DNA of 57,838 nucleotides, the filler included, from Sphacelaria rigidula (lineage: Eukaryota): NCBI GenBank assembly GCA_964200075.2. It is 8 parts of 8 records of this genome, joined end to end, with 100 filler letters (N's around TTAATTAATTAA, not from the genome) between each part and the next. Parts side by side here need not be neighbours in the genome. Positions count along the whole stretch, not along the records: positions 36,213 to 43,354 come from CAXNAA020016284.1; positions 43,455 to 50,596 come from CAXNAA020016285.1; 6 more parts are not named here. One strand, 5' to 3'. The notes below the pieces were generated by a model. That model was not told where the DNA came from. It was given only the letters and a program-made list of their open reading frames with translations, and searched no databases. Made by a program: the position numbers and the translations under genes. Numbering within the stretch: position 1 is the stretch's first letter; each line of letters opens with the position of its first letter. Below are positions 36,213 through 47,286 of the stretch, piece by piece.

Positions 36213-38700
36213 GAGGAAGAGGCGCTGTGGCCATTGTCATTTGGTGGCCAAGCGCGTCTTGGTGTATGGAAAGTTGTTGTTTCTGTGATCGAGAAACAAC
36301 GCTGGTTTTTCTGGAACGGCTGTTGAGGTGCTGCTTTGTGATTTTCCACTATGTGCACCTGTCGTGGTGGCTCGGCGCTCGATGGGAAGCGTGGAGGTAG
36401 CGGCGAAGCTTGTCCGACTGTTCAAAATGATTTGGCGCAGGAATATGTCATCGCCGATGATCGTGTTGTTCCTGCACTGGAGCTGGAGGTGCCGTGCTAT
36501 GGCAGCAGTTTTTCGAGCGAGAAATATGTGCAGGATGTTGATCAGGTGAACGCGCGGTGGACAAAGCACTTCGAGGTAGCAGCAGTTTCTGACCTCATGC
36601 CTAAACATATTGCGATATGTCTGTGTGACATGTTCTTGAAGCATGACTATGGTGTTGGGAACGAGCAGTTACTTTTCGCGTTGCGCAAGCATGCGCCGTC
36701 CGGTGGGGCGCATTGCACGGTGGAAGCCGAGAAGCATGTGTCTGCCTGAGCGGACAGGCACGACCGTACGCTTGCAGAACGTGCAGTAGGTGGTCCGTGT
36801 CTGAAACAACGATACAGGGCAGCTGCTTGCACTGTGAAAGCCGAGAAGCATGTGTCTACCCGAGGGGACAGGCACGACAGTGCATCCCTCGCACATGCAG
36901 TCGGTGATCCGCGTCTGAAACAACGATACAGGGCAGATGCTTGCACTGTGAAAGCCGAGAAGCATGTGCCTGCCCGAGGGGACAGGCACGATAGTGCACC
37001 TGCTGGCGTGTAGGAGTGGAAACCACTCGCCCGCGACTGAAGCAACAACGCGGTGTCACTTTGTGGGGCGCGAAGGTGACGACGCATGTGTCTGTCCGAA
37101 GTGACGCACTGGGCAGCAAGAACAGTGAGAGTACAGCAGTCGGTGCTGAATTAGCAGCCGCTGGTAGTGTTGTTGGAAGAGACGAACAAGTCACACAGCA
37201 ATCGCTAGTCCGAGGGGACAGGCACGAGAGCGCTAGAGGCGTTGTCGCTATTACCGTAAAGGAGCAAGCCGGACAGGAGGTGGCGGCTGTAGCGAGTATG
37301 GGTGATACTGCTGCTGCTGCTGTTGGCGATGTTGAGAGGGCGAGGCCTACATGGGCCAATGAGCAAGTACTAGTGGGCGGAGTTCCCAAATGCTCTTTGC
37401 CGCCGGACCAGCGCGTAGCTGGAGATACTCCTTGCATGCTCGAAGCTGCAGGGGGGTTTTATCCGCGTATTGCGAACGAGCAGGGTGAGCAAGGAGCCTG
37501 CCGTACTCACGGTGATCCTGTCTGTGCCAGCGACATGGCCGGAGATCGTTCACATGATTCGCAGGGGTATCTGCTTGAAGGACGGGTGGATGCCGGGTTG
37601 GCTGAAGTGCCGCCGGAGCGCGAAGGTATGGACACGCCTTGCATGATCGAAACAACAGGGGCATGTGACCCGCGTGAAGCGAGTACACAGAGCAAGCTGC
37701 AAGCTCGTGATGCTATTAGCGATCACAATTCTGACGGCGACAACGAGCGTCGCGTGGTATTGGGATGGCCGTATGCACTGCTAGATGCATGGATAGGTTT
37801 GGCGTATTTGGCGGCGTTGATTGCGGTGTCCATGCCGCTGCACGGTCACGTGCTTGAGGAGGATGGTGTGATGTCATCGGGAGGTGTTGCTGTGCGGGAC
37901 TGTATGGATGTTCTCGTTTTGCCTCCTGTTTCCTCTGTAAATCTGACTGAAGCACAGGTGTTCAGTACTGCGCATGTACCTGTGGATACGGATGGCTTGT
38001 CGCATTGGTTTGGCGGTGCGGATATACCGTTTAGTGGCGAGCTGAGCGGCTCGACGAGGGGGCTGAGCGGTAGCTGGACTCATGGCGCGAGGAGCGAGTG
38101 AGTGTTCGGGTGGAAACGCTACTCCACGCTGTGCACGGGGCTGTGGTTCGAGTGCTCCTGTTTCTCAGGAGCGGGCTGGAGGACCATAAAGAAGGCATTA
38201 CCTGAGGTGTTTGTTGTTGTGGTGAGCGCGGCGTTGGGTGCTGATGTTGAGGAGGAAGTGCTGAGGTGATTGAGTGCTTGTTAGAATGAGGAAACACATT
38301 ATGACTGGTATTCTCGAATCGTTTTGAGAATGATTGCAGCTTGTTATTGTGTGATTTGTGGTCATGTTCGCGCATGAAACGTGATTGTTGAGCGATTCGC
38401 GTGTGCAGGGTGAAATGCTGGCGTACACGTGGATATTTGGCATGTATGTGTCGTGCTGATCTGGTTGGCACGGATGATGCATGGCATTTGCTGCGAGGAA
38501 GATCAAATTGCATGTACTGAGTGAAATATTGACATGCATGTGCGATTTTCATATGCTGAGTGGAATTTGGCAGGCATGTGCGAATCTTTGCTGGAATGGT
38601 ACTGATATGAAGGATATCTGGTGACGGCCTAGGGTGGGGCAGTTTTCAATATACTGCTGTGTGCAGAGCAAGCTGCAATCTCGTGATGCTGATAGCGATC
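36213..38700 (+). mobile_element. pol-less LTR-retrotransposon derivative: gag N-terminus, repeats and 3' module
   Basis: PALELEVPCYGSSFS..VSDLMPKHIAICL resembles the gag N-terminus at 39200-39400; 37840-38340 is homologous to 7250-7735 on the minus strand. Confidence 0.65.
36713..37110 (+). repeat. 114-bp (38-codon) tandem repeat, about 3.5 copies
   Basis: AGCCGAGAAGCATGTG recurs at 36725, 36839 and 36953, with a diverged fourth copy. Confidence 0.85.
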
Positions 38701-39775
38701 TGTAGAGTAGTCCACCTCCAGTACACGTACGTGCAGGTTCATGAGGACCTACAAGTGGAACAGTCCGCTGTAGGCGTTTCCTATTGGTTGACGGACTTGC
38801 GGGTGTGACCGGCAGACTATATGGATTTGAACATCACATACTTTACACATGTGTTTACTGCCGATAACGAAGACTGTGTGTTTACGACTAATAACTGTCC
38901 TGAAGTCTTCAAGCCCCAGTGAGGGAGGAAGCCCTTGCAGTAGTCTTGTGTCCTGAGTCCAGGAGGGCTATAATAAACGTTTATTAAGAGGGACCCGCTG
39001 GTATCTGAAAGAGGTTTTTCGGCTGTGGGCAACTGCGGAGAAATTATATCCAAAATTGTACACAGTAGTGTGCAGTCTGTAACGTGAGGGAGTTCGCTGA
39101 CAACAGAGAGACGGCTAGGCTGACTGGGACTGTTGCGTGCAGCTATGGCAGCGCGCAAGAAAGTGGGTGATGGCGATGCAGGCGAAGAGGCGAAGTTTAA
39201 GTTTACTGAGCTTATGCCTGCAGGATCGCTGAAAGCTCCAGAATACGGACAGCATTTTAGCGAAAATGTGTCCCGACGTTTTTATCAGAAATACGTCGAG
39301 TATGAGGAGGCGGTCAAGTTGAACAAAACGGGACGTAGTATGCAAGCCGTCTTATTGACTGTTACTGAATTTGTGCAGAAGCACATTCGTGCGTTTCTGT
39401 AACGCACGATTTTTGACAGATCCGTGCTCGCCGAAGGTGATCTCAAGAAGGCTAGGTCGACATGTGAAATGTTGAGAGGATGATGAGATTGATCCTTCGG
39501 TTGCTGCCGCTGGTGTGCGGAAAGCGTTGGCGGCCCGCAACGAGCAAACTGCAATGGGAAGAGTGGAAGGGCAGTGGGGTGCCCTGGAGGATTTTTTGCG
39601 GAGAATGCTAGCGCCGAGCGTGCGTTCCGCGATGATGGAAGTTTCAAACCAGGACCCGCTCAAATCACAACGCGGGAAATGTTGAATGTACTCACACCCC
39701 CGAAGTCAAAACCAAAGTCCGCAACACGTTGAACATGAAGGGGGGGTGGAAGGAGGACCCTGGGCTTGTGTTTAA

Positions 39776-41275
39776 CCCTTTTGGAACTCACAACAGAAAA
39801 TTGATCATTTGCGATTGACGATTTTTGAGCAAGATATGGTTGATGGTTCATAGCTTAGACGCAACAATTTTGGCCAAACGCGTATTTTTCAGACCCGTAC
39901 GAGTGACAAGTGGAGCAAGAGAAGGTTTCCTATTTTCTTGCTTCGATCCGTCGGCTTTTTTTTCTACACTCATGAGGTCCTTGCTCGGCCACAGTGCGCG
40001 GTAGGCCTCTGTGAAGCATGCTTCCGGCCTGACCTGCACGCCCTGCCCGCTGCAGTTTACACTCTTTGCAGTGTCATAGCAACAAGGGCAACGCCAAATG
40101 GCACATTCGCTTAATGTATGAACTGGTGGTATGCAATCCCAGGCAGTGACCTTTCCGTGCCGCCGGGGGTGCTGCGACACTGCCCTGACAGTACTGGGTG
40201 TGTTTACAGCAGTTTGAGGTAATCTCGACTGCAGACTCACGTCATGCACAACATCTCGCCCATGCACGTTCCGACAGCACCATCCCGCCCTTTGAAAAAT
40301 GGGTAAAGGCGACGCAGACACCATGTACCTGCAGTTATACACCGTCTCTGTGGTGTAGAGTCTGCCAAGTGCCGTCGCCCCAGGGGTAATACCTTACTGC
40401 TTCGTGTCATGTCTGTTTTGTATTTTGAAAATATCTCTGTAAAACGCGGGGCATGCACAGAACTGCGCTTTGCCAAGTACGTGCCAACAACATCATACTT
40501 CGGGCTGACTATTACAAAATGTCGTAGCGAAAGGCACAGTTGCCCCACCACATGTATACCGCGGCCGTTGCATAGACATCATGCTGCATGAGATTCATAA
40601 CGCCGGCTACCGCTATCGTCTCGTGCCGTCTACTCTCGTGGCTGATGTTTCACGACATGCCCATATTTACCTTGCACAGTGTGTAGCCGCACGTCAACAC
40701 TGTAACCTACTGTATTTACTGACTATAGTGTTTTTCATCTGGCCTGATTACGGTAGGCGGTGTCCGTCGACTCCCTCCCGTGTACATGTATATCGCCTGT
40801 TCGGACGCCTGCGATTACACCCGCCATGTACCGCCCGCACAACCCGCACTGTGCCTTCCACATGTGGTGACGGGATTTCGCTGGGTTCAGCCATACTATG
40901 CTGTATGTACGGTGTGGCTGGGCAGACTCGTCACCTAATGCTACAGCCCGACAAAGCGGTGCTTCTCTCATTTACAAATTCTAATATACAACCGTGCCCG
41001 GCTGGACCCTGGAATCCATTGCTGTTTTTTGAATGGAATTTTTCATAGTGGTTTTGCTGATTATTGTCGATGGGTGCAATTGGACACGCTTTATCCGGTG
41101 CGTTGTGTGATTGGACAAACCTCACCCGATCTCTCGGGGGAGGACATTCTTTTCCGATCTTCCATTGTAAAAATGGTTGCCGTCGGCCTTTTCTGTTTTG
41201 ATCTTTTCCGCTTTGTCAGGGCTTCTCACAATAAGGCGTTTGACCAGGGGACAGGAGAGGAGGGTTCCAAAACGG
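39776..41275. mobile_element. 1500-bp piggyBac-like element inserted in gag
   Basis: TTAA at 39772-39775 and 41276-41279; TIRs CCCTTTTGGAACTC and GGGTTCCAAAACGG; removing it restores gag DPGLVF-N-TAREAAEA. Confidence 0.9.
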
Positions 41276-41879
41276 TTAACACGGCTCGGGAAGCAGCGGA
41301 GGCATGAAAGACGGTGGAAGCGGCGGATAAGCAGCGCCGTCAGCAGCCGCAGTTGAAACATACGTGTGGCGGAGGGACTTCCGGGAGCAAGCGCCAACCG
41401 AATGGTGTAAGAACGGCGAGCAGTCGGAATAGGACTGCCAGTTCCGGGAAAACCCGCAAACCAGGCCCATACTATGCAGGATGTTACATATGTGGAGACA
41501 AGGGCCATTTCCGGAAGGATTGTAAGCAGGCCAGGCTGCTGCTACACAACGTAGTGACGTTGAGCAGACGAAGGCTGGCGACAAGCAGCGACAGCAACAG
41601 CAGCTGTTGGAGGGCCCTGGACAGGTGCCTCGCGGAAGGGGCATGACTCCCGTCCCTACAAGGGCTGTCCTTTCAGCCGATGGACAAAGTGCTCTCAGCG
41701 GGGGGGCGACGTTGCCACCAGAACCGGTCGTTTCTACTGGTGGCGTGCAGCAGACCATCTCATCGCACTCATTCCCAGGTTCGAAATCTGAGGCGGTGCC
41801 AGCATGGAGATCGCTCAAAGCCAGGGTGGGGTGTCAGGTTTTCAATCTGAGGGTCTGCAAGTAAATAGCAAAGAAAGGT

Positions 41880-43284
41880 GGTGTCTTGCCGACTTGTCTG
41901 TCCCGAGCGCAGAGGCAAAGGGTGTTTGTCCGGTCAAGGCCATTTTAGACTCGGGATCTAGAATTACGACCATGTCAGTGGGTGTAGCGGCAAAATTACA
42001 AGCTATGGTTCCAGATGTTCGAGTGGTCACACCGATGGTTTATGAACAGCTGGTGACACTGGCTAACAGCAATGTTGAGCGCGTGAAGCAGAAAACTTGC
42101 CCTGTCCGAAACCGCTTTACGCACCAGGTGGGGACCGGTTGTGCTGGAACCATGTTCATATGCGGTCATGCCGGATACAGATGATGCGATCATAATGGGG
42201 AGCCCTACCCTGGAGGCGCCGAGCATTGACGTGTACAGTAGCTTGGGTGATTGTGCACACGCAAGAAACACGTCGGTGCTAGGTGTAAACACGCCTGGTT
42301 TGACGGACTGTCGGCGTGTCAGTACCGCGGTTGACGATTTACAGCAACCACGAGGTCGGGCGGAGCCTGTTAATTCCTCAGTCGAGCGGTTGTTGTCGAG
42401 AAGTCTGGCGATGAGCATATCCCCGGAACAAGAGCTTGCTGAGCTTGATGTTGCGCCGGAGGAGGCAGTACAAGCCGCCGCGGATAACCGCATATCGGAG
42501 AGCGACGTGAGCCGGATTTGTGAGCCTGTACGGAAAAGAGCGAGCATTTTTAGGCGAGTACGGCATGATTATCCGCCTGCTTGCGTCGAGCATTTTAAGG
42601 TGAACTTCGAACTCGTTGCTGTGGAGGCAAAGGCTCGGCCGAGGGCGTACTTTCCGGTCAGGATAGTGTGGTTGGCACGCTGCATCGCAATATTGGTGGC
42701 GCTCGGGCTCGTGTACGGCAGTTTGCGGGTAGAGTGGGCGAGAGCGGCGATTGTAACCCCCGAGAAGTCCTGTTTTCGCTGGATGAGTGTATACAAGGCG
42801 GGGGAGGAAGTCCCCCGTCCCACGAGGAGGTGGTGCATGGTGCTCGCCCAGAGAAGGTGTTTCATTTCAATTTTCTCAGTGTTGGCGAGGGTGGTCTGCT
42901 GGGAGATAATGGCTTGGACAAGGGAGATCGGTTCAACTACATATTGGTAAGGATTGATGACTCGGGCGACTTCGTGCGGTTGGAGCCCGCGGAGTCTTGT
43001 ACGGCGGCGACGACGGTGAAGCATCTGTTGAGATGGTGCAAAACGCTGGGGTAACCAGAGGTATGGGTCAGCGATACGGCATCGCATTTCAAGAATCGTG
43101 TGATGAGAGCGCTCAAGAAGGTGCTGATGGATCGCAGATTCGTGGTGGCCTACTCGCAGTTGTCACATCGTGAATGTCAGGGAATAGTGCGTGATATTGT
43201 TCGTACCGTGAAGCTCATAATGCAGAGAGGAAGACGCGATGCCAACGCCTGGGTGGGTTTGGTACCTGCCGTGCAGTGGGCATT
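41880..43284 (+). pseudogene. Ty3/gypsy pol remnant: protease, RT stub and integrase, with RT/RNaseH deleted
   Basis: LDSG; PPACVE..KARPRAY..WLARCIAILVALGLVY; YILVRIDDSGDFVRLEPA..PEVWVSDTASHFKNR; frameshifts and stops. Confidence 0.85.
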
Positions 43285-43354
43285 GTGTTGTGTTGTCGTC
43301 CCATTTATTCTGGGCACCAGTCTACATCTTTCGGTGTATATGGGTGCATCAGCC

Positions 43355-43454
43355 NNNNNNNNNNNNNNNNNNNNNNNNNNNNNNNNNNNNNNNNNNNNTT
43401 AATTAATTAANNNNNNNNNNNNNNNNNNNNNNNNNNNNNNNNNNNNNNNNNNNN
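43355..43454. other. Artificial scaffold-joining pad
   Basis: 44 N + TTAATTAATTAA + 44 N. Confidence 0.97.
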
Positions 43455-44736
43455 GGGTTGGCGTCGGTTGGCGATGATGCTATAAAACATTCCACTCACT
43501 GCGTAAGCTAGGCGACCAGGTTACCGATTTGTTTTGTACGCTTGCGTTTTTTTTGCGGTAACCATGATGGTCGCCGACCTAGATCATTTTGTGCGGCGTG
43601 GCAGAACCTAAACTTCGCGCAATGGAGATGATCGTACCACCTAGTGTTGAAATGGTGAGACACCCATGAGGCAGTTTATAAGCCGTGGCTGTCTCTGGAA
43701 GTAGCGATACCAGAAAACGAAGCAACTCATTGGAGGCTGTCAGCCAAATGCAACATAATCAGTAGGCTTCGGGCCGAACAATCTTTGCAGGATGCAGCTC
43801 GACATTCATGCGACTCGCCGAGCATACCACGGCGCTTCATGCTTGGTGATTGAGTGCGAGCCTGGTCCGGGCGAAAACCCGGCGTGCTCCGTCCGGGCTT
43901 TGTAGGGATGGGAGGTCAAAGGTCTTATGACTATGGCACGCAAGGTCATGAGTACACCCCCCCTCCCCCACCCGCGCGCTAGACTTACATCAAAGATATT
44001 CGCGCGTGAGTGTTTTGATCGTAAACCGCCTACTGTGCTTGCAGATACCGGTGTCGAGGTATCCCCGGCGCTTAAACAGGTTGAAGAACATGACCATTTT
44101 GAGAAGATTTTGTGACGCTGAAACTCGGGGACAGTAGTAAAGCTTCCTCCCCCCCCCGCCTCTTTTCTGGAGTCCCCGTCATCCAAGAACGTGATGAATG
44201 GCAGCTTGCAACCGTAGTATAATTCGATGATGAAAGTCGACGGGATGGGGGAGTGCTGATGGGTCACCATCCAGTGCTCAATACGTAGCGAAGTGCAAGG
44301 CTTGTGCCGGGAGAGGGAGATATGTTGCTTTCTTGAGACTATAGACTCGTCCCGAGGACGGATATGTATCTGTGTGTGTGGGAGGGGGGGGGGGCGTACT
44401 ATACGGGGGGGAGGGGGGGGGGGGGGACAAGGGGAAAAAGCGGGAAAAAAGGAAAAAACCGCGGGGGACAAAGCAAGTGCACCCCNNNNNNNNNNTTCTT
44501 TGTGGCAGGTTGAGGAGTGGGCGTGCGTGGTATGTGGTTGTGGGGTGGGGGGGGGGGGGGGGGCACGTGTAGGGGGGGGGGGGGGGGGGGGGGGGAGATC
44601 ATGGAGAAATAGCGGAAAATAGTGACAAAGCCGCGGGAGACAATGCATGTGCACCCCTCGGCCAATCACTCACCCGCTTGGGCAACTGAAAACGAACACC
44701 CCGGCTGATGTTTTTTATTTATTTTTATTCGATCAG

Positions 44737-44815
44737 GATTGGGAGGCGAGAGTGGACCGCACCACGGGCAGGACATACTACGTCAATCACAACACGAGAC
44801 AGACCACATGGACAC
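44737..44815 (+). CDS. WW-domain exon
   Basis: CTGAT, T-tract and CAG| acceptor; C|GTAAGT donor; DWEARVDRTTGRTYYVNHNTRQTTWT fits the WW consensus. Confidence 0.92.
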
Positions 44816-45201
44816 GTAAGTTGGGAGGCGGGGGTGGGGGGGCGCGTCGAGTTGTTTCGACGTACACTACGTACAAAAGTAGACTAGTGCTTTTTTCGTC
44901 GCCCGCCTCGGTACGGACTGTGTGCTGACACGGGCTGTGTGCGAAGTAACGGCGATTACTTGGCCTTGAGGTGCACTATTCGTTGCGTGCTCGATGATTC
45001 AGTATCTGCTGCAGCTGTTACAGAGTTTTTGTCAAATGGAGGATGTCGCACGTGGCTGCTTTTTCGCGTGTCCCATGTTGCTGCCTCGGTGGAAAGATGG
45101 TCGCTTGACAGCTTTGCCTTCAACATGAAGAGCCGTGCGAAGTTTCTGGCTCACCTCTGTTCACACTTGTACCTGCGCAAGTATGGTCGTTTTCCCAGTG
45201 A

Positions 45202-45661
45202 GGCCGCTCCTTATAACAGACAAGAATAGAAATATGAAAAAGTGACTTTTTGGGGCTTTGACGTCGTTTTATGCCCTAGACGAGGGCTAGGCGGAGTTGG
45301 ACACCTTGAAATGACTTGCTCTACTCGCTGAGGTGGTTCCACGACATCTTCCCGTTCTCCGGTGACCGCAGTATTCATTTTGGTCGAACAAGAATTTTTG
45401 TCGAGAACGGTAAAGAATGATCAAATAGAAAAAAAATCGCTATTTTTCTTTGGACTTGACCGTTCTTGGACAAGAAATCTTGTCTGGCCAAAATAAAAAC
45501 TGCAACCACCGGGAAACGGGAAAATGTCCTGGAACCGCCTGAAGATGTAGAGCAAGTCATTTCCAGGTGTCAAACTCCGCCTAGCTCTCTTTTAGGGCGT
45601 GAAACGACGTAGAAGCACCAGAAAGGCGCTTTGCTATATTTGTCTGTTATAAGGAGCGGCC
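45202..45661. mobile_element. Palindromic Tourist/PIF-Harbinger-like MITE (intronic)
   Basis: TIRs GGCCGCTCCTTATAACAGACAA and TTGTCTGTTATAAGGAGCGGCC; TGA duplicated at 45199-45201 and 45662-45664; arms of about 220 bp. Confidence 0.88.
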
Positions 45662-46128
45662 TGAATCCATGTGCGCCAATCCTTTTTTTTTTGCGAGTTG
45701 ATTTGAACGTACTATTATTGCTCCTGCAGCCAAAATACGAGGATTTCCGCGGTCGAGTAGTTGAGTAGTTTTTTTTTCGCGGAATGCTGCTACAGCACCA
45801 CTGTACTACGCGCGTTCATTGATGAAACACAGCAAATTGTCGCTTTGTGCATACCCTAATGGAAAATCGCGTCCGACTCGTAGTGAGGAGTGTTTAAGGT
45901 TTTGGTATGTCTCAGGTTTCACAGAGCTGTGCAGCACTTCTATCTCTCTCTCTCTCTTCTGCCCTAGTGATGGATTGAGTGCTCAACTAAAAATAGATGT
46001 AAACAAAGCCAGGTATCAAACACCCCACGGACTGGCCAGACTATGTACTACACTCGACTTTTAAATACAATAAATAAGACGAGGCACCGAACGAACGCAT
46101 GGGACGGGCGTAAAATCTACGGCTTCTT

Positions 46129-46563
46129 GACTATAGATTACAATTTATGTCAAGCACTTCCTTCATGAGAATCGACGGTCTGCAACAGCAGTGTGATAGC
46201 CGTGACCCCAAGCTCAGTAAGCAGTAAAGAGCTACGGTACAAGGCAGGTGCCTCGGGAAAAATTAAAGATAAGGACTATAGATTACAATTTTTGTCAAGC
46301 ACTTCCTTCATGAGAATCGACGGTCTGCAACAGCAGTGTGATAGCCGTGACTCCAAGCTCAGTAAGCAGTAAAGAGCTACGGTACAAGGCAGGTGCCTCG
46401 GGAAAAATTGAAGATTAGGACTATAGATTACAATTTTTGTCAAGCACTTCCTTCATGAGAATTGACGGTCTGCAACAGCAGTGTGATAGCCGTGACCCCA
46501 AGCTCAGTAAGCAGTAAAGAGCTACGGTACAAGGCAGGTGCCTCGGGAAAAATTAAAGATTAG
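46129..46563. repeat. Three 145-bp tandem copies (intronic)
   Basis: GACTATAGATTACAATTT starts at 46129, 46274 and 46419; the copies differ by a few substitutions. Confidence 0.95.
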
Positions 46564-46711
46564 TCGATCCCGCGAGACCACAGACCCGTTCCGAGCAAGC
46601 AGGGCGCGCGCTCGGAGAGGAGTGGGGTGAGGTGAGAGTTGGAGTGAAATCACCACAGAAAATAATAGATCGCCGACCCCGCCCCTCGTCCCTCGCCCCT
46701 TTTGCCCCTAG

Positions 46712-47286
46712 ATCCGACAATACGCCTACCCTCCGAGCAACAGTCCCTACTCAACAGCCACAACGATGACAATGCACACGGTGGAAACGCCGGATGGGGC
46801 GGCGTTTTCGGCGCAAACAATAACAACTACAACAACAACAATTGGGGCGCCGCCGGCCACACCGGCGGAACGGCCTTCGGCGGCACGCACAATCGGATCG
46901 GGAACTCGGGGACCACCCCCCAGGGTGCTGACGGCAGCAACACCGCAGTCGGGGGTACTCAGAATAGAGGCGGGGACAGCGGCGGCGGGGGCTGGTTATC
47001 ATTTTTCGGTGGTGGAGAAAGGAGTACTTCTAGTACGGCCGTCGGCGGTACGCAGAATAGAGACGGGTGGGGGGGGTCGAGTGGCGGTGGTAGCACGGCT
47101 GTCGGAGGTACCCAGAACAGAGCTGGCAGTGGAGGAGGTTCTGCGACCGGGGGCACCCAAAATAGGGGTGGCGGAGGTGGCTGGAGCTGGTCCGGTGGGG
47201 GGGGAGGAAGCAGCACTGCTATCGGCGGGTCGCACAATAGGGGAGGGGGGCATTCTGGTGGGTTTGGAGGGACGGGAAACAGGTAG
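46712..47286 (+). CDS. Terminal exon of the WW protein: Gly/Asn-rich tail with TAVGGTQNR repeats
   Basis: Pyrimidine tract and TAG| acceptor; the phase-1 join C|AT CCG completes the WW motif TTWTHP; open to TAG at 47284-47286. Confidence 0.85.

Larger units (their letters stand above)
38701..43284 (+). mobile_element. Degenerate non-autonomous Ty3/gypsy element nested in the previous element
   Basis: TGTAG start, TGGTATC PBS-like site near 38999, gag with CYICGDKGHFRKDC, protease AILDSGS, RT stub, integrase core through VPAVQWAL. Confidence 0.85.

Noticed and set aside
35373..38101. One continuous retroelement ORF from gag at 35.4 kb into 36.2-38.1 kb
   Set aside because: A pad separates two scaffolds here, and the downstream piece restarts with a gag N-terminus.
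46129..46563. CRISPR-like array
   Set aside because: Whole units are repeated with no unique spacers, no cas genes are present, and it lies in a eukaryotic intron.
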